A DNA stretch of 64,000 nt from Candidatus Marinacidobacterium sp. (GTDB lineage: Bacteria > Acidobacteriota > Vicinamibacteria > Marinacidobacterales > Marinacidobacteraceae), in NCBI GenBank assembly GCA_965204755.1, contig OZ242011.1:64001-128000 (forward strand), read 5' to 3'. Of this stretch, positions 10,024 through 20,596 are shown piece after piece. Within the stretch, counting starts at the first letter, position 1. Each line of letters begins with the position of its first letter. Below the pieces are notes generated by a model. That model was not told where the DNA came from, searched no databases, and worked only from the letters and a program-made list of their open reading frames with translations. Both the position numbers and the translations under genes were made by a program.

Positions 10024-12584
10024 CGGCCCGCGAAAGACTGCGGGCGCCGCTCGCCGCGGTTCCCCGGGCCGCCGCCGGCCGGCGGTTCGACTTCGGGTTC
10101 CGCGCCGCGGCCGCTCCCGGAACCCTCCCCGACCGGGATGTCGAGGCTCCACGACTCCCCGCGGCCGCTGACCCACTGCCCGGTGCGGATCCTGACCACC
10201 CCGCCCGCAGGAAGTTCCACGAGGGCCAGGCACCGGCCGTCCAGCGCCGCGCCGCGCTGCGGGAAGTCGAAGTCCCGGTTCTCGAAGCCCGGGCCGGGAG
10301 ACCGCGGCGCCGAGGATCCCGGGGAAGCCCGGTAGAGATGCAGGAAGAACCGGTCGCCCGCCTCTTCCGGAGCGCAGGGTTCCCGGAGGTAGGCCAGGGT
10401 CCGGCCCCTTCGGTAGAGATCGAAGGCCGCCCGGCCCGCCGGCGGCCCGAACCCGCCGGAGGCGATCTCGCGGTAGGCCTGCCGGAACCGCTCCCGGTCG
10501 AGTCGGACGGACGCCGCCCAGAGCCGGCGCCCGGCGGCGTCCCGCTGCTCGGCGGTGATCCCCCCGCCCGCGCCCGGGGGCAGCGGCGCGACGGCGATGC
10601 ACCTCCCGTCCCGGACGATGCCGTACTCCCGGAACCGGAAGGCCCACTCCTCGGCCCCGCCGCCGGCGGCGGGGCCGGCGTCGGACGCGTGGACGCGCAG
10701 TCGGAACTCGCCCGCCGTGTCCTGCCGGGTGCACGGCTCCCGAAAATAGACCAGCGAGGCCCCGCCGGTTCCCGTCCCGGCGGACGACTCGCCCGCCGGG
10801 CGGTCGGGCCCGCCGCCCCCCCGGTAGAGATCGAACCCGGCGCTCGCGAGCGGCGCCCCGGCGGCCCCGGAGGCGATGCGCTCGTAGGCGGCGCGGTAGG
10901 GGCTCGCCGCCGCGGCGGATTCGGTGTCCGCCCCCGATCGACGGGACACCCTCCACACCGCGCCGTCGGGGAATTCCGCCAACCGGGAGAGGCCGGCGGA
11001 CTCGGCGAGCCCCGGGCGGCCGTAGGCGTAGTAGGCGTAGGAGCCCTCGTCGGCGATCCAGACGACCAGGGCCCCCTCGGGCGCGGTCTCGAGCCACCGG
11101 CGAAGCCGCTCCCCCGGCGGCTGCCCCGGCGGGGGGCGGTCGGTGGAGGGGGGCGGCGGCGCGGCGGTGGCCGGGAGCGCCCGGTACGGGCCGCGCCCGC
11201 CGACATGGTGGTGCAGGAGGAGGGGGAAGTTCGAGTAGGTCGGGCCGTCGAGCCCGTTCTCCCGAAGGTGGCGCGCGGTTCGGGAGTCGTTCCAGGGACG
11301 CCCCGCCAGCCCGGCCGAGGCCCATTCGGAGTTCGCGTCTTCGATCGCGCGGACGACGGAACCGGCCTGCCCGACCAGGCCGGCGGCGACGGCGACGGCG
11401 ACGGCCGCGGCGGCGAAGACCGCCGAACGCGGCCGCCGGCGCCCGGGCCCGGCGGCCTGCGCCGGCTCGCGCGCGAGGCGGAGGTCCGCCAGCAGGGCCG
11501 CGGCGACCAGGCCCGGCAGGTAGAGCGGGGCGAGGTACCGCGCCTGGACGCCCTGCCAGGTGAACCCGACGACGATGGAGAGCGCGAGGGACAGCCCGTA
11601 GGCGAGCGCGAAGGCCGCGAACACCGCCGCCGAGCCCCTTCGCCCGTCGGCGGCCGGGCGCGGGGCGCCGCGCCGGAAGAAGGCGGAAGCCAGGGCGAGC
11701 AGGACGAGCGCCGCCGCGCCCGACCAGGGGACCGGCGACGAAATCCGGTCGAATTCCGCCCAGCGCAGCAGTCCGGCGCCGATCTCCGCGAACGCCTCGG
11801 CGAAGCCGTAGTCCACCGGTTGCCGTTGGCCGCCGAGCCCGCCCGGGCCCCGCGAGACCCGGAGGAACCACAGCCCGGCGGGCGCCGCCGCGATCACCGA
11901 GAACAGCGCCGTCCTCCCGAAGCGCCGGAACCGGTTCGCCGCCGGCGCGAGGAAAACGACGAAGGCGACCGCGAGGGCGAGGGCGGCGCCGACATAGCGG
12001 GTCTGCCAGGCGAGCGCGGTGAAGACAGCGGCGCCGACGAGCGACGAAGTCCGGCCGTCGGCCCGGAAGGCGTCGGCGCGGATCAGGGCCAGGGTGGACA
12101 GCAGGACGAACAGCGGCCCGGAAAGCGCCCACCAGGCGAGGTCGCCGAGCGGGGCCGAGAGCGCGAGGGCCGCCGTCGCCGAGAGCGCGAGGAATCCGGA
12201 GCGGAGGCGCCGCTCCAGGTAACGGCCCGCCGCGAAGACCGTGAGCCCGAAAGCCAGGGCGCCGAGCGGCAGGGCGACCTCGACCGGATCGAAGACGCCG
12301 AGCGTCGCGGCGGCCAGCGCGAGCGGGTAGAGCGGGGCCCACAGGCCGTAGAAACTCCCGTCGAAGTTCCGGAACCCTTCGCCGGCGAGGAGGTTCCGCG
12401 CCACCGCGAGGTAGTTGGCGCCGTCCCAGTGGAGCGCCGGCCCGTGGGTCTCGCCCCGGAGGAGCACCGTCGCCGCGGCGAAGACGGAGGCGGCGGCGAG
12501 GAAGACGAGGAAACCCCGGGAGCGGCGCCGCCCCGACCCGGCCGCGCGCCCGCGGTCGGGGGCGGCGCCCTCCCGATCAGCCAC
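9981..12584 (-). CDS. GT-C-like membrane protein with two C-terminal two-Cys domains
   Basis: HWDGANYLAVARNLLAGEGF..WAPLYP, QTRYVG, ARYLAPLY and many TM segments. GTG 12584 overlaps the upstream stop. The 3' end overlaps ASST copy 4 convergently by 43 bp. Confidence 0.8.
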   Translation of the reverse strand: MADREGAAPDRGRAAGSGRRRSRGFLVFLAAASVFAAATVLLRGETHGPALHWDGANYLAVARNLLAGEGFRNFDGSFYGLWAPLYPLALAAATLGVFDPVEVALPLGALAFGLTVFAAGRYLERRLRSGFLALSATAALALSAPLGDLAWWALSGPLFVLLSTLALIRADAFRADGRTSSLVGAAVFTALAWQTRYVGAALALAVAFVVFLAPAANRFRRFGRTALFSVIAAAPAGLWFLRVSRGPGGLGGQRQPVDYGFAEAFAEIGAGLLRWAEFDRISSPVPWSGAAALVLLALASAFFRRGAPRPAADGRRGSAAVFAAFALAYGLSLALSIVVGFTWQGVQARYLAPLYLPGLVAAALLADLRLAREPAQAAGPGRRRPRSAVFAAAAVAVAVAAGLVGQAGSVVRAIEDANSEWASAGLAGRPWNDSRTARHLRENGLDGPTYSNFPLLLHHHVGGRGPYRALPATAAPPPPSTDRPPPGQPPGERLRRWLETAPEGALVVWIADEGSYAYYAYGRPGLAESAGLSRLAEFPDGAVWRVSRRSGADTESAAAASPYRAAYERIASGAAGAPLASAGFDLYRGGGGPDRPAGESSAGTGTGGASLVYFREPCTRQDTAGEFRLRVHASDAGPAAGGGAEEWAFRFREYGIVRDGRCIAVAPLPPGAGGGITAEQRDAAGRRLWAASVRLDRERFRQAYREIASGGFGPPAGRAAFDLYRRGRTLAYLREPCAPEEAGDRFFLHLYRASPGSSAPRSPGPGFENRDFDFPQRGAALDGRCLALVELPAGGVVRIRTGQWVSGRGESWSLDIPVGEGSGSGRGAEPEVEPPAGGGPGNRGERRPQSFAGRYGRFSGTRSPYSR

Positions 12585-15500
12585 CCCGGCTCCGGGCCCG
12601 CCCGCCGGCGCCGTCGGCCGGCGAGAACTCGGCCCGCCAGACTCGTTCGTAGGAAGCATCGGGACGGCGGAAGGATCGCCCGACCGCCGCGGAACGGATC
12701 GGGTAGTCCGGGAAACGGAGGCCCGCCACGCACCGGGCCCCGGTCTCCCAGGCCCGGTGGTGGAAGAGGAACGACAGGTTCTCGAAACCGTACGGCTTGC
12801 GGTGGGGCGGCAGGTCGTCCGGATCCTCCGGAACCAGGTGCACGATGAAGGTCCCCTCGAGATGTTCCGGACGGCAGTCGTCCTTCGCGAAGAGGAGCCG
12901 CCCGCCGCCGAGGTGGACATCGAACTCCGAACTCACCCGCGGCGCCCCCGCCGCCTCGATCAGGGCGTCGAGTTCCCCGTCGCGGGCGGCGCGGTGGTGG
13001 AGGAACACCGTTTCGTTGCGCGGCGTGAGGAGCCCCCTCGCCGGACCCGGTTCCGTCTCGACGGTGAACTCGGCGAACCGGCGCCGCGCCGGGTCGTCCG
13101 TCAGGACGGCTTCGGGGAGGAAGAACCGGGCGCGCGCCCCGGCCAGGGTCTGCCCGCCCACTTCGAGCGGCGGGAGGAACACCGTCCGCTCCTCCCGCCG
13201 GCGCAGGACGCGGCGGATCCTCCCGAAGTCCTCCCGCAGCCGCTCGTTCGCCGCCCGCGCCACCGGCGTCTCCGGCGCCCCGGCGCCCCCGGCCGGGTTC
13301 CGGTCACCGCCGGGCCCTGCGCCCGGCCGGCCGGCGAACGACCCCCCGCCGAAGGACGCCGCGCCGAAGGACACCGCCCAGACCGCGACCGCCGCTCCCG
13401 CCGCGGCGTAGATCCAGCGGCCGCGAAGGGCCGCGAAGCCCGCGGTCCAGGCGGCCAGCGGAAGCCCCAGCGCGCCGAGGGCCGCCACTTCCGGCGGCGC
13501 GCCCCGGCCGAACCAGAGCGCGGAACCGAGACCCGAGAGCGCCAGGACGAGCAGCGGGAACGACCGCACGAGCGCCGCCCCGGCCAGGCCCGCCGCCGCG
13601 AGCAGCGCGCCCGCCGCGGCCCCCGCCCACCCGCTTCCCTCCCCGGTCGCCCCTTCTCCCGCCGACCACTCGCCGGGGAGCGCCGCCGCCGGGAGGAACC
13701 CCCGCCCGACCCGGCGAAGCCCCTCCGCGACGGTCTCGCCGATGGTCGCCGCCCCGCCTGCCGAGCCTTCCACCAGCCCCGTCGGCCCGCCGACTCCCCC
13801 CGCCGCCGCCAGCGCGGCGGCGAAGACCGCGCACAGCGCCCCCAGCGCCAAGTACGGACTCCCGATCGGTCCCCGAACCGTCACCGCCGGGAAGGGCCGG
13901 AGGAAGGGTTCCGCCTCTCTCCCCGACCGTTTCCCCGACCGTTTTCCGACCCCGTTCTCCCCTTCCCCGCGCTCCCGGCGGCGGCGCCGCCATTCGCCCG
14001 CCAGCCCCAGGAGCACGAACGGAACGAGCAGCGCCGCCGCGCCGAAACCGGGCAGCAGCGCCGCGGCGCTCTTCCCGAGCAACTGCCCGTACTTCCCCTC
14101 CCCCAGGAACACCGCCATCCCGTGGAAGACCAGGAAGACCCCGAAGACCCCCGGCGCTCCCGATGCCGTAACCGTGTCCGCGCCCGCGGCGGCGACCGAA
14201 CCGAACCCGAGCAGCGTCGCCGCGAGCGCGATCCACCGGTCGGAAGCCCGGCGCGCGGGCCGCCGGAACGCGAGGACCCGGCAGAGCGACAGGTAGGCCA
14301 GCAGCGCCGCGCCGCAGAACAGCGCAGCCATGAGCGTCCTCGCCGCGGCGACCTGCGCCCCGAGGTCGTCGCCGAAAGAGCGGAGGACCGCCGCCAGCAG
14401 GTAGTCGAAGGCCGCCGAGCCGCCGGGAACGATCTCCGGGACGACGCGGCCTTCGGCGTCGAGCGCCGGCCGGAACGCGCGGAGGGGCGGCCCGCCCGGA
14501 CGATTCCCCGCGTCGGGAAGGGGCAGGAGTTCCACCGAAGGCGTGATCTCGTAGAAGCCGCGCTCGGAAGGCCGCGCCAAGGCGCGCGCCAGGGTTTCGG
14601 CGCTCTCCCCGTCGTTCCGGAGCGGCCGGTCGAGCCGCCCGTCGGCGGCGAAGTCGGAGAAGATCACCGCGAGGGCGAGGAGGAGCGCGAGGAGCGGCGC
14701 CCCGGCCGCCATCCCGGTCCGCGCCCGCCGGAAGAGCCGCCGCGCCGCCGCGCCGAAGTCGGGGCGAATGCCGAGGTCCCGGAGCAGCCGCCGGGTCAGG
14801 TCCGCGAGCAGGGCCAGGAGCAGCGCCGCGGCCCAACCGATCGGCGCCTCCTCGTAGAAGAACGACGAGTGCGCGTAGGCCGTGAGCGACGCCGCGCCGA
14901 CGACGACCGGGACATACCAGAGCCGCGGGCGGTAGAAGGCGAGCACGATCGCGAAGACATCCGCCGGGAAGAAGTACCGGTCGTGCATCTTCGGAAGGAA
15001 GAACGGCGTGAGCAGCAGGGACAGCACCGCGAGGAACACCACCGTTTCCCGCGTCATCTCGAGCCGGCGGCTCTCGAGCAGGCGCCGGACGCCGTGGACG
15101 AGCGCCAGGGTGAGCAGGACCCCGACCGGCCACCACCGGTAGTGGTCGTTCGAGATCCACCGGTAGAGGTTCGGGGCTTCCGTGTTGAGTTCTGCGTAGA
15201 AGCCCGCCTGGACGACATAGATCGAGAGGAGATCGAAGAGCGATCGGCCGGCGGCCCACGCCGGAACGAGCGCCGCCAGGCAGACGGCGGGAGCCAGCCA
15301 GAACCGGCGGGCGCCGATCGTCTTCTTCGCCTGGAGCCAGTAGAGGAAAGGCGCGAGGAACGCGGCCTGCGCCTTGACCGCGAAAGCCAGCCCGAACGCG
15401 GCGAACGCCCGCGCCTCCCGGCCGCTCAGCAGGCCGTGGAGACACGCCAGCAGGAACGCCGTATGGATCGCGTCGAACTGGCCCCACCGGGCGCCGTTGA

Positions 15501-15900
15501 TCACGACCGTCGGCGCGAGCAGCACCGCGCCGGCGGCCAGGATCGGAAAAGTTCGGGAATCCGGATACCGGAGCCGGACGCACCGGTAGGAGAAAAACGC
15601 CAGCAGGAGGTCGCCGAGGAACGAAATCCCCTTGACCGCGAACAACGCCGGAACCGACGGGGCGAAGTACGCCGCCGCCGTCAGCAGGTACAGGTAAGGC
15701 GGGTTGTAGTGCGCGAAGTCGTACAGCCAGGAATGGAAGTGCCCGTTGGCGGCGATGAAGTCGTAGAAGAAACCGAAGGCGAAGCGGAAGTCGATGGACT
15801 CGTGGGCCAGGAACGGGACCCGAACCGCGATCGCGGCCAAGACGACCGCGGCGGCGAGGCCGATCTCGCCCGCCCGGCGGCTTCGTCTCTCGCTTCCCAT
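12577..15900 (-). CDS. GT87/Gpi18-like mannosyltransferase domain fused to a second membrane domain and a C-terminal two-Cys domain
   Basis: YNPPYLYLL, WGQFDAI, KAQAAFLAP, PNLY, FFLPKMHDRYFFPAD; 1107 aa. Confidence 0.8.
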   Translation of the reverse strand: MGSERRSRRAGEIGLAAAVVLAAIAVRVPFLAHESIDFRFAFGFFYDFIAANGHFHSWLYDFAHYNPPYLYLLTAAAYFAPSVPALFAVKGISFLGDLLLAFFSYRCVRLRYPDSRTFPILAAGAVLLAPTVVINGARWGQFDAIHTAFLLACLHGLLSGREARAFAAFGLAFAVKAQAAFLAPFLYWLQAKKTIGARRFWLAPAVCLAALVPAWAAGRSLFDLLSIYVVQAGFYAELNTEAPNLYRWISNDHYRWWPVGVLLTLALVHGVRRLLESRRLEMTRETVVFLAVLSLLLTPFFLPKMHDRYFFPADVFAIVLAFYRPRLWYVPVVVGAASLTAYAHSSFFYEEAPIGWAAALLLALLADLTRRLLRDLGIRPDFGAAARRLFRRARTGMAAGAPLLALLLALAVIFSDFAADGRLDRPLRNDGESAETLARALARPSERGFYEITPSVELLPLPDAGNRPGGPPLRAFRPALDAEGRVVPEIVPGGSAAFDYLLAAVLRSFGDDLGAQVAAARTLMAALFCGAALLAYLSLCRVLAFRRPARRASDRWIALAATLLGFGSVAAAGADTVTASGAPGVFGVFLVFHGMAVFLGEGKYGQLLGKSAAALLPGFGAAALLVPFVLLGLAGEWRRRRRERGEGENGVGKRSGKRSGREAEPFLRPFPAVTVRGPIGSPYLALGALCAVFAAALAAAGGVGGPTGLVEGSAGGAATIGETVAEGLRRVGRGFLPAAALPGEWSAGEGATGEGSGWAGAAAGALLAAAGLAGAALVRSFPLLVLALSGLGSALWFGRGAPPEVAALGALGLPLAAWTAGFAALRGRWIYAAAGAAVAVWAVSFGAASFGGGSFAGRPGAGPGGDRNPAGGAGAPETPVARAANERLREDFGRIRRVLRRREERTVFLPPLEVGGQTLAGARARFFLPEAVLTDDPARRRFAEFTVETEPGPARGLLTPRNETVFLHHRAARDGELDALIEAAGAPRVSSEFDVHLGGGRLLFAKDDCRPEHLEGTFIVHLVPEDPDDLPPHRKPYGFENLSFLFHHRAWETGARCVAGLRFPDYPIRSAAVGRSFRRPDASYERVWRAEFSPADGAGGRARSRGG

Positions 15901-15991
15901 CAGCCCGCGGGAAACCCCGCCCCCGGCGCCTCGACCGGTGGGCGCCTAGTCCCCGTCGGGTTTCCCGACGGGCCGCTTCTTCCCCCGGCGG

Positions 15992-18900
15992 TCATGGACG
16001 CGAGGGCGCGAACTCTTCGCGCCAGACCCTTTCGTAGGAGCCGTCCGGCTGGCGGAAGGATCGTCCGACGGCCGCGGAACGGATCGGATAGTCCGGGACG
16101 CGGACGCCCGCGGCGCACCGGGCGCCGGTCGCGTAAGCGCGTTCGGCGAAGAGGAAGGAGAGGTTCTCGAAACCGTAGGGCTTGCGCCAGGGGGACAGGT
16201 CGTCCGGATCCTCGGGAACCAGGTGCGCGATGAAGGTCCCCTCGAGATGCTCCGGGCGGCAGTCGTCCTTCACGAACAGCAGCCGCCCGCCGCCGAGATG
16301 GACATCGAATTCCGAGCGCGCGCGCGGCGCTCCCGCCGCCTCGATCAGGCCGTCGAGTTCCCCGTCGTAGGCGGCCCGGTGGTAGAGGAACGCTTCCCGG
16401 TTGCGCGGGGTGAGGAGTCCCTCCGCCGCTTCCGCTCTTTCCGAGATCGCGAACTCCGCCGACGCGCGCGGCGCCGGGGACTCGACCAACACATTGCCGG
16501 CCAGGTAGAAGGAAGCGCGGGCCCCTTCGAGGTTCCGGCCCCCGACGGGAATCGGCGGAAGGAAGACCGTCTCCTCGACCCGCCGGCGCAGGCCCCGCCG
16601 AATCCGGCTGAAGTCGTCCCGGCTCTGCGTCACCGACTGCATCACCGCCTGCCGCGCCTCCGGGGCCCCCGCCGAACCCCGCCGCGCCCCGAGGGGAACG
16701 GCGAGGACGAAGAACGTGAATCCGAGCGCCGCCGCCCGCTGCGGCGCGCTCCGGCCGAACCGCCGGGAAGCCGCCTCGAAGACCAGCGCCCAGGCGACGA
16801 GCGGTATCGCCACCGCCGAGAGCGACTCGATCACCGCCGGCCCCGGGGCGCCGCCGGCCGCTCCCCGCGCGAACGCAACGAAGGAACCGAACCCGGCGAG
16901 CGCGAGCGGAAGGAAGAGGAGGCGCCGGTCCGACCGCGCCGCCGCGACGAGAACGCCCGCCGCGAGGATCACCCCGGCGAACGCCGCCGCGCCGCCCGCG
17001 CCCCCAAACGACTCCGAAGCGTCTCGCCGGGCGGACGAAGCGGCAAGCGGGTACGGAAGGAAACTCCGCCCGATCTTCGAGAACTCCGCGAAAGCGAACG
17101 CACCGAAGTCCGCCGCGCCGGCGGAAACCTCGTAACCCTCCGCCGCGGCGTCCGCCGGCGTATCGGAATCCGGAGGCGAGCCGCCCGAAAGCAGGCCCGG
17201 CAGGAGAACGAACGCCGCGGCGCCGGCCGCGAGCATCGAATACGGACTACGGACGAGATCCCGCAGCGACCGCCGGCGCCCGCCGGAGGCGAGCGGTCGA
17301 TCGTTCCCCCGGGCGTTGCTTCCCCCGAACCCGAGGGCCCCCGCGAGACCGAGCGCCGCGAACGGGAAGACCAGCGCCGCGGCCTGCCATCCGAGCGCGA
17401 GCGCGGCGGCGCACTTCAGGGCCAACTGCGGAAACCGCCCCTCGTCGCGAAAGACCGCCATACCGTGGAACAGCAAGAAGACGCCGAACAGTTCCGGCGC
17501 CGCCTCCACCGCGACCGCGTCCGCGAAACCGGCCGCGGCCGAACCGAACGCGAACAGCGTCGCCGCGAGCGCGATCCGGCTTGAGCCGGGGACTCCCGAA
17601 GGGAGGAGGCGGCGAAGCGAAAGGAAGGCGAGCAGCGCCGCCCCGAAGAAGAGTGACACCATCAGGACCCGGGCCGCCGCGACCTGCGCCCCGAGGTCGT
17701 CCCGGAAGTGGCCGATCACGCCGGCGAGCACCAGGTCGCCGGCGACCGACCCTCCGGCCGCGGTTTCGTAAACGACTCGCCCTTCGGGGTCGAGCGAGCG
17801 GCGGGAGAACGCCGCGAGGCCATGCTCCGGTGAACGGTTCGCCGCCCGGGCCAGCGTCGCCGCGCTCGCTCCGTCGTCGGCGAGCCCCCGCTCGAACCGC
17901 CCCTCGAGGTGGAACGCGGTGAAGAGCGCCGCGAAGGCGAGCGGGAGCGCGAGCGCGGGGGCCGCCGTTCGGACCTTCACCCGGCGCCGCATCCGGTCGA
18001 AGGCGGCGCGGAGGCGAACCCGGTAACCGAGACTCTCCAGCAGTCCCCGGAACAGGGCCAGCAGCAGGAGCAGCATCCCGAACGCCGCCACCGGCGTCGG
18101 GATCGTCGTAACGCCCAGGACGAACTGCGGATAGGTGCTGCCCGACAAGGCGGCGAGCGCGATCGGCGCATACCAGTACCGCGGCCGGTAGAACGCGAAC
18201 ACGATCGCCAGGACATCCGCCGCGAAGAAGAAGCGGTCGTGCATCTTCGGCAGGAAGAACGGCAGGAGCACCGTCGAGAACAGGGCGAGGTGCACGATCG
18301 TCCCGCGGGTCAGCGCCGCGCTCCCGCGCTTCACGCACTGCCGGACGACCAGTATGAGCGCCGCGGTTACCGCGAGACCGACCGGCCACCAGGCGAAGTA
18401 GTCGTCGGGTATCCATTCATACGGGTTCGGCGCGTGGTTGCTGAGTTCATCGGTATGCCCGGCCTGGCGGAAATAGACGAACAGGAGGTCGGTCAGCGGA
18501 CGGCCCGCGAGCCAAGCGGGAACGAGCGCGGCGAAGACGGCGACTGCAGCGAACGCCGAGTAACGGAGATCCACGACCCGCCGCGCTGCGAGCCAGAAGA
18601 ACAGCGGCGCGAGGAACGCGCCCTGCGCCTTCACCGCAAACGCGGTCCCGAAAGCGGCGAAGGCCGGCATCTGCCGCCCGGCGAGCAGGAAATACAGGCT
18701 CGCCAGCAGGAAGGTGGTGTAGATGGAATCCGACTGCCCCCACCAGGCGGCGTTCATGACCACCGTGGGCGCGAGGAGCGTGGCCACGGCCGCGAGGACC
18801 GGGACGCGGCTCGATTCCCCGTACTTCAGCGCCACGCACTTGTAGACGAAGTACGCGGCGGCGAAGTCGAACGCGACGGGAATCGACTTGATCAACAACA

Positions 18901-19165
18901 ACGCCGGCGCGTGGCCGGCGAGCGCGACCGCCACCGAAAGAAGGTAGGGGTATGGAGGGTTGTAGTTGTAGAAGTCGTAAGCGAACGAACGGGCGGGGCC
19001 GTTCGCGATCATGAAGTCGATCCACGGGCCGAAGGTGGCCGGGATGTCCACCGACTCGCGGCCGAAGAGCGGGAGGCGAACCGCGACGGCGGCGAAGACG
19101 CCGGCGAACAGGAGGAGCCGGCGCCCCCGCTGCCGCGCGGCGCCGGACGCCCTCGCCTCGCTCAC
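15992..19165 (-). CDS. GT87/Gpi18-like tri-domain fusion, paralog 2
   Basis: YNPPYPYLL, WGQSDSIY, FFLPKMHDRFFFAAD; C-terminal domain nearly identical to that of 12577-15900. Confidence 0.8.
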   Translation of the reverse strand: MSEARASGAARQRGRRLLLFAGVFAAVAVRLPLFGRESVDIPATFGPWIDFMIANGPARSFAYDFYNYNPPYPYLLSVAVALAGHAPALLLIKSIPVAFDFAAAYFVYKCVALKYGESSRVPVLAAVATLLAPTVVMNAAWWGQSDSIYTTFLLASLYFLLAGRQMPAFAAFGTAFAVKAQGAFLAPLFFWLAARRVVDLRYSAFAAVAVFAALVPAWLAGRPLTDLLFVYFRQAGHTDELSNHAPNPYEWIPDDYFAWWPVGLAVTAALILVVRQCVKRGSAALTRGTIVHLALFSTVLLPFFLPKMHDRFFFAADVLAIVFAFYRPRYWYAPIALAALSGSTYPQFVLGVTTIPTPVAAFGMLLLLLALFRGLLESLGYRVRLRAAFDRMRRRVKVRTAAPALALPLAFAALFTAFHLEGRFERGLADDGASAATLARAANRSPEHGLAAFSRRSLDPEGRVVYETAAGGSVAGDLVLAGVIGHFRDDLGAQVAAARVLMVSLFFGAALLAFLSLRRLLPSGVPGSSRIALAATLFAFGSAAAGFADAVAVEAAPELFGVFLLFHGMAVFRDEGRFPQLALKCAAALALGWQAAALVFPFAALGLAGALGFGGSNARGNDRPLASGGRRRSLRDLVRSPYSMLAAGAAAFVLLPGLLSGGSPPDSDTPADAAAEGYEVSAGAADFGAFAFAEFSKIGRSFLPYPLAASSARRDASESFGGAGGAAAFAGVILAAGVLVAAARSDRRLLFLPLALAGFGSFVAFARGAAGGAPGPAVIESLSAVAIPLVAWALVFEAASRRFGRSAPQRAAALGFTFFVLAVPLGARRGSAGAPEARQAVMQSVTQSRDDFSRIRRGLRRRVEETVFLPPIPVGGRNLEGARASFYLAGNVLVESPAPRASAEFAISERAEAAEGLLTPRNREAFLYHRAAYDGELDGLIEAAGAPRARSEFDVHLGGGRLLFVKDDCRPEHLEGTFIAHLVPEDPDDLSPWRKPYGFENLSFLFAERAYATGARCAAGVRVPDYPIRSAAVGRSFRQPDGSYERVWREEFAPSRP

Positions 19166-19308
19166 CCTACGCCGCTCTTCCGGCGCGAGACCCGATCCGC
19201 CGCCCGGGCGCCTCGCCGCGGCGGCCCGCGGAGGGAGCGCCCCGCGCGCCTCCCCGGTCGGGCCTCCGCGCCGCCGGGCGCTCCCCCGACTTTCGCCGCG
19301 GGCCGATA

Positions 19309-20581
19309 ATGGCGAGCGAACCGTCCCGCTCCGGCCCGAGACCCCGCCCCCGAACCCGCGCGCCTTTCCCCGCTCCCCCCATGTTCCGCGGATTCCCCCG
19401 GACCCTCGCCTGGAACGGACTCTGGGCGGGAACGGCCGTCGCTCTCACGCTTCTCGGCGGCGAAGCGTATCTCCGGTTCTCGCGGCCGTTCATGGCCGAG
19501 GTCCGCCCGGAAGTGTTCCTTCCGGAAGTCGGCGCGCTCCTGGCGCCGGACACGGAAGTGCGCTTCACGAATCGTCTCGACTTCTGGACGGTCTCGCGCA
19601 CCAACAGTCTGGGGTTCCTGGACCGGGAACCGCCGAGTCCGGGCCGCGCGGCGGAGACCTGCCACATCGCCTTCGTCGGCGACTCCTTCGTGGAGGCGCC
19701 CCAGGTCCCGATCCCGGACAAGGCGGCGGCGCAACTCGAAGCCATGGCGCGGGAGGCCCTGCCCCGCCTGGACATCACCACCTCGGCGTTCGGTCGATCC
19801 GACACCGGGCAAGTGCGGCAGTTGCCGCTCTGGGACTGCTGCGCCCGGCGCTTCGCCCCCCGACTCCTCGTGCTCGTCTTCCACCCGAACGACCTCTGGG
19901 ACAACCATCCCGTCCTCCGGCGCGTCGTCCGGCCGCACGACCCGCGGTTCCCCGAGTTCCGGCTGACCGAGTCGCCGGACGGCGCGCTGTCCTTGTCGGC
20001 CCCCCCCCCCCCCCCCCCCCCCCCTACGGCGCGCCGATCGATCGGAATGGAGGACAACGCCGGGAGAGGCCGGCCCGAGGGGGAAACCCCGCTCCTGGTT
20101 CGCAGCCTGGGTCTCGGCGAAATGGCGCGCGATCGGGCGGCTCGGAAGACCCGACGATCTGCGGGAACTCATCGAGACCGATTTCCTCCGCCGTCCGCTT
20201 CCGGAAGGCGCCGGGCCCGGGATGCGCCGGCCGGACTTCGCCGAGGTCCTGGAATACACGGCGTTCGCCCTCCGCGCCTTCCGGGATCGAGCCGAGCGGG
20301 ACGGCGCCCGCCCGGTCGTGCTCGCGCACGAGTCCTCGCGGCGCCGGCGAGTGCTGGAACCCTTGCGGAGCATCGCGGGCCCCCTGGGCCTACCGGTGTT
20401 GGACATTGCGGAGACCCTCCTCCGGGATGGCGTCGATTTCAACGCGGTCCGTTTCCCTCACGAGGGCCACTGGAACTCCGCCGGCCATCGCTTCGCCGCC
20501 CGGACGGTGCTCGACTACCTCGAGGGGCATCCGGAAGTATGCGACCGGCCCCGCCCGCCTTCGCGCGGCGAAGGCCGCTGA
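19309..20581 (+). CDS. Membrane-anchored SGNH (AlgX/AlgJ-like) protein, frameshifted at C25
   Basis: TM anchor, GDSFVEA and HPNDLWDN in the frame of 19309. After poly-C 20000-20024 homology continues in the frame of ORF 20222..20581 (SWFAAWV, TAFAL, EGHWN). C24 restores the frame. Confidence 0.8.
20000..20024 (+). repeat. Poly-C tract (C25)
   Basis: Counted in sequence. Confidence 0.9.
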
Positions 20582-20596
20582 GCCCCGTCGGCGTTC

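Noticed and set aside
186-16233. Very long ORFs such as 186..3212, 2474..6538, 8119..12342, 8934..12848 and 12415..16233 (and similar ones elsewhere)
   Set aside because: They are Arg/Pro/Gly-rich antisense or off-frame shadows of motif-bearing genes, expected when high GC makes stop codons rare.
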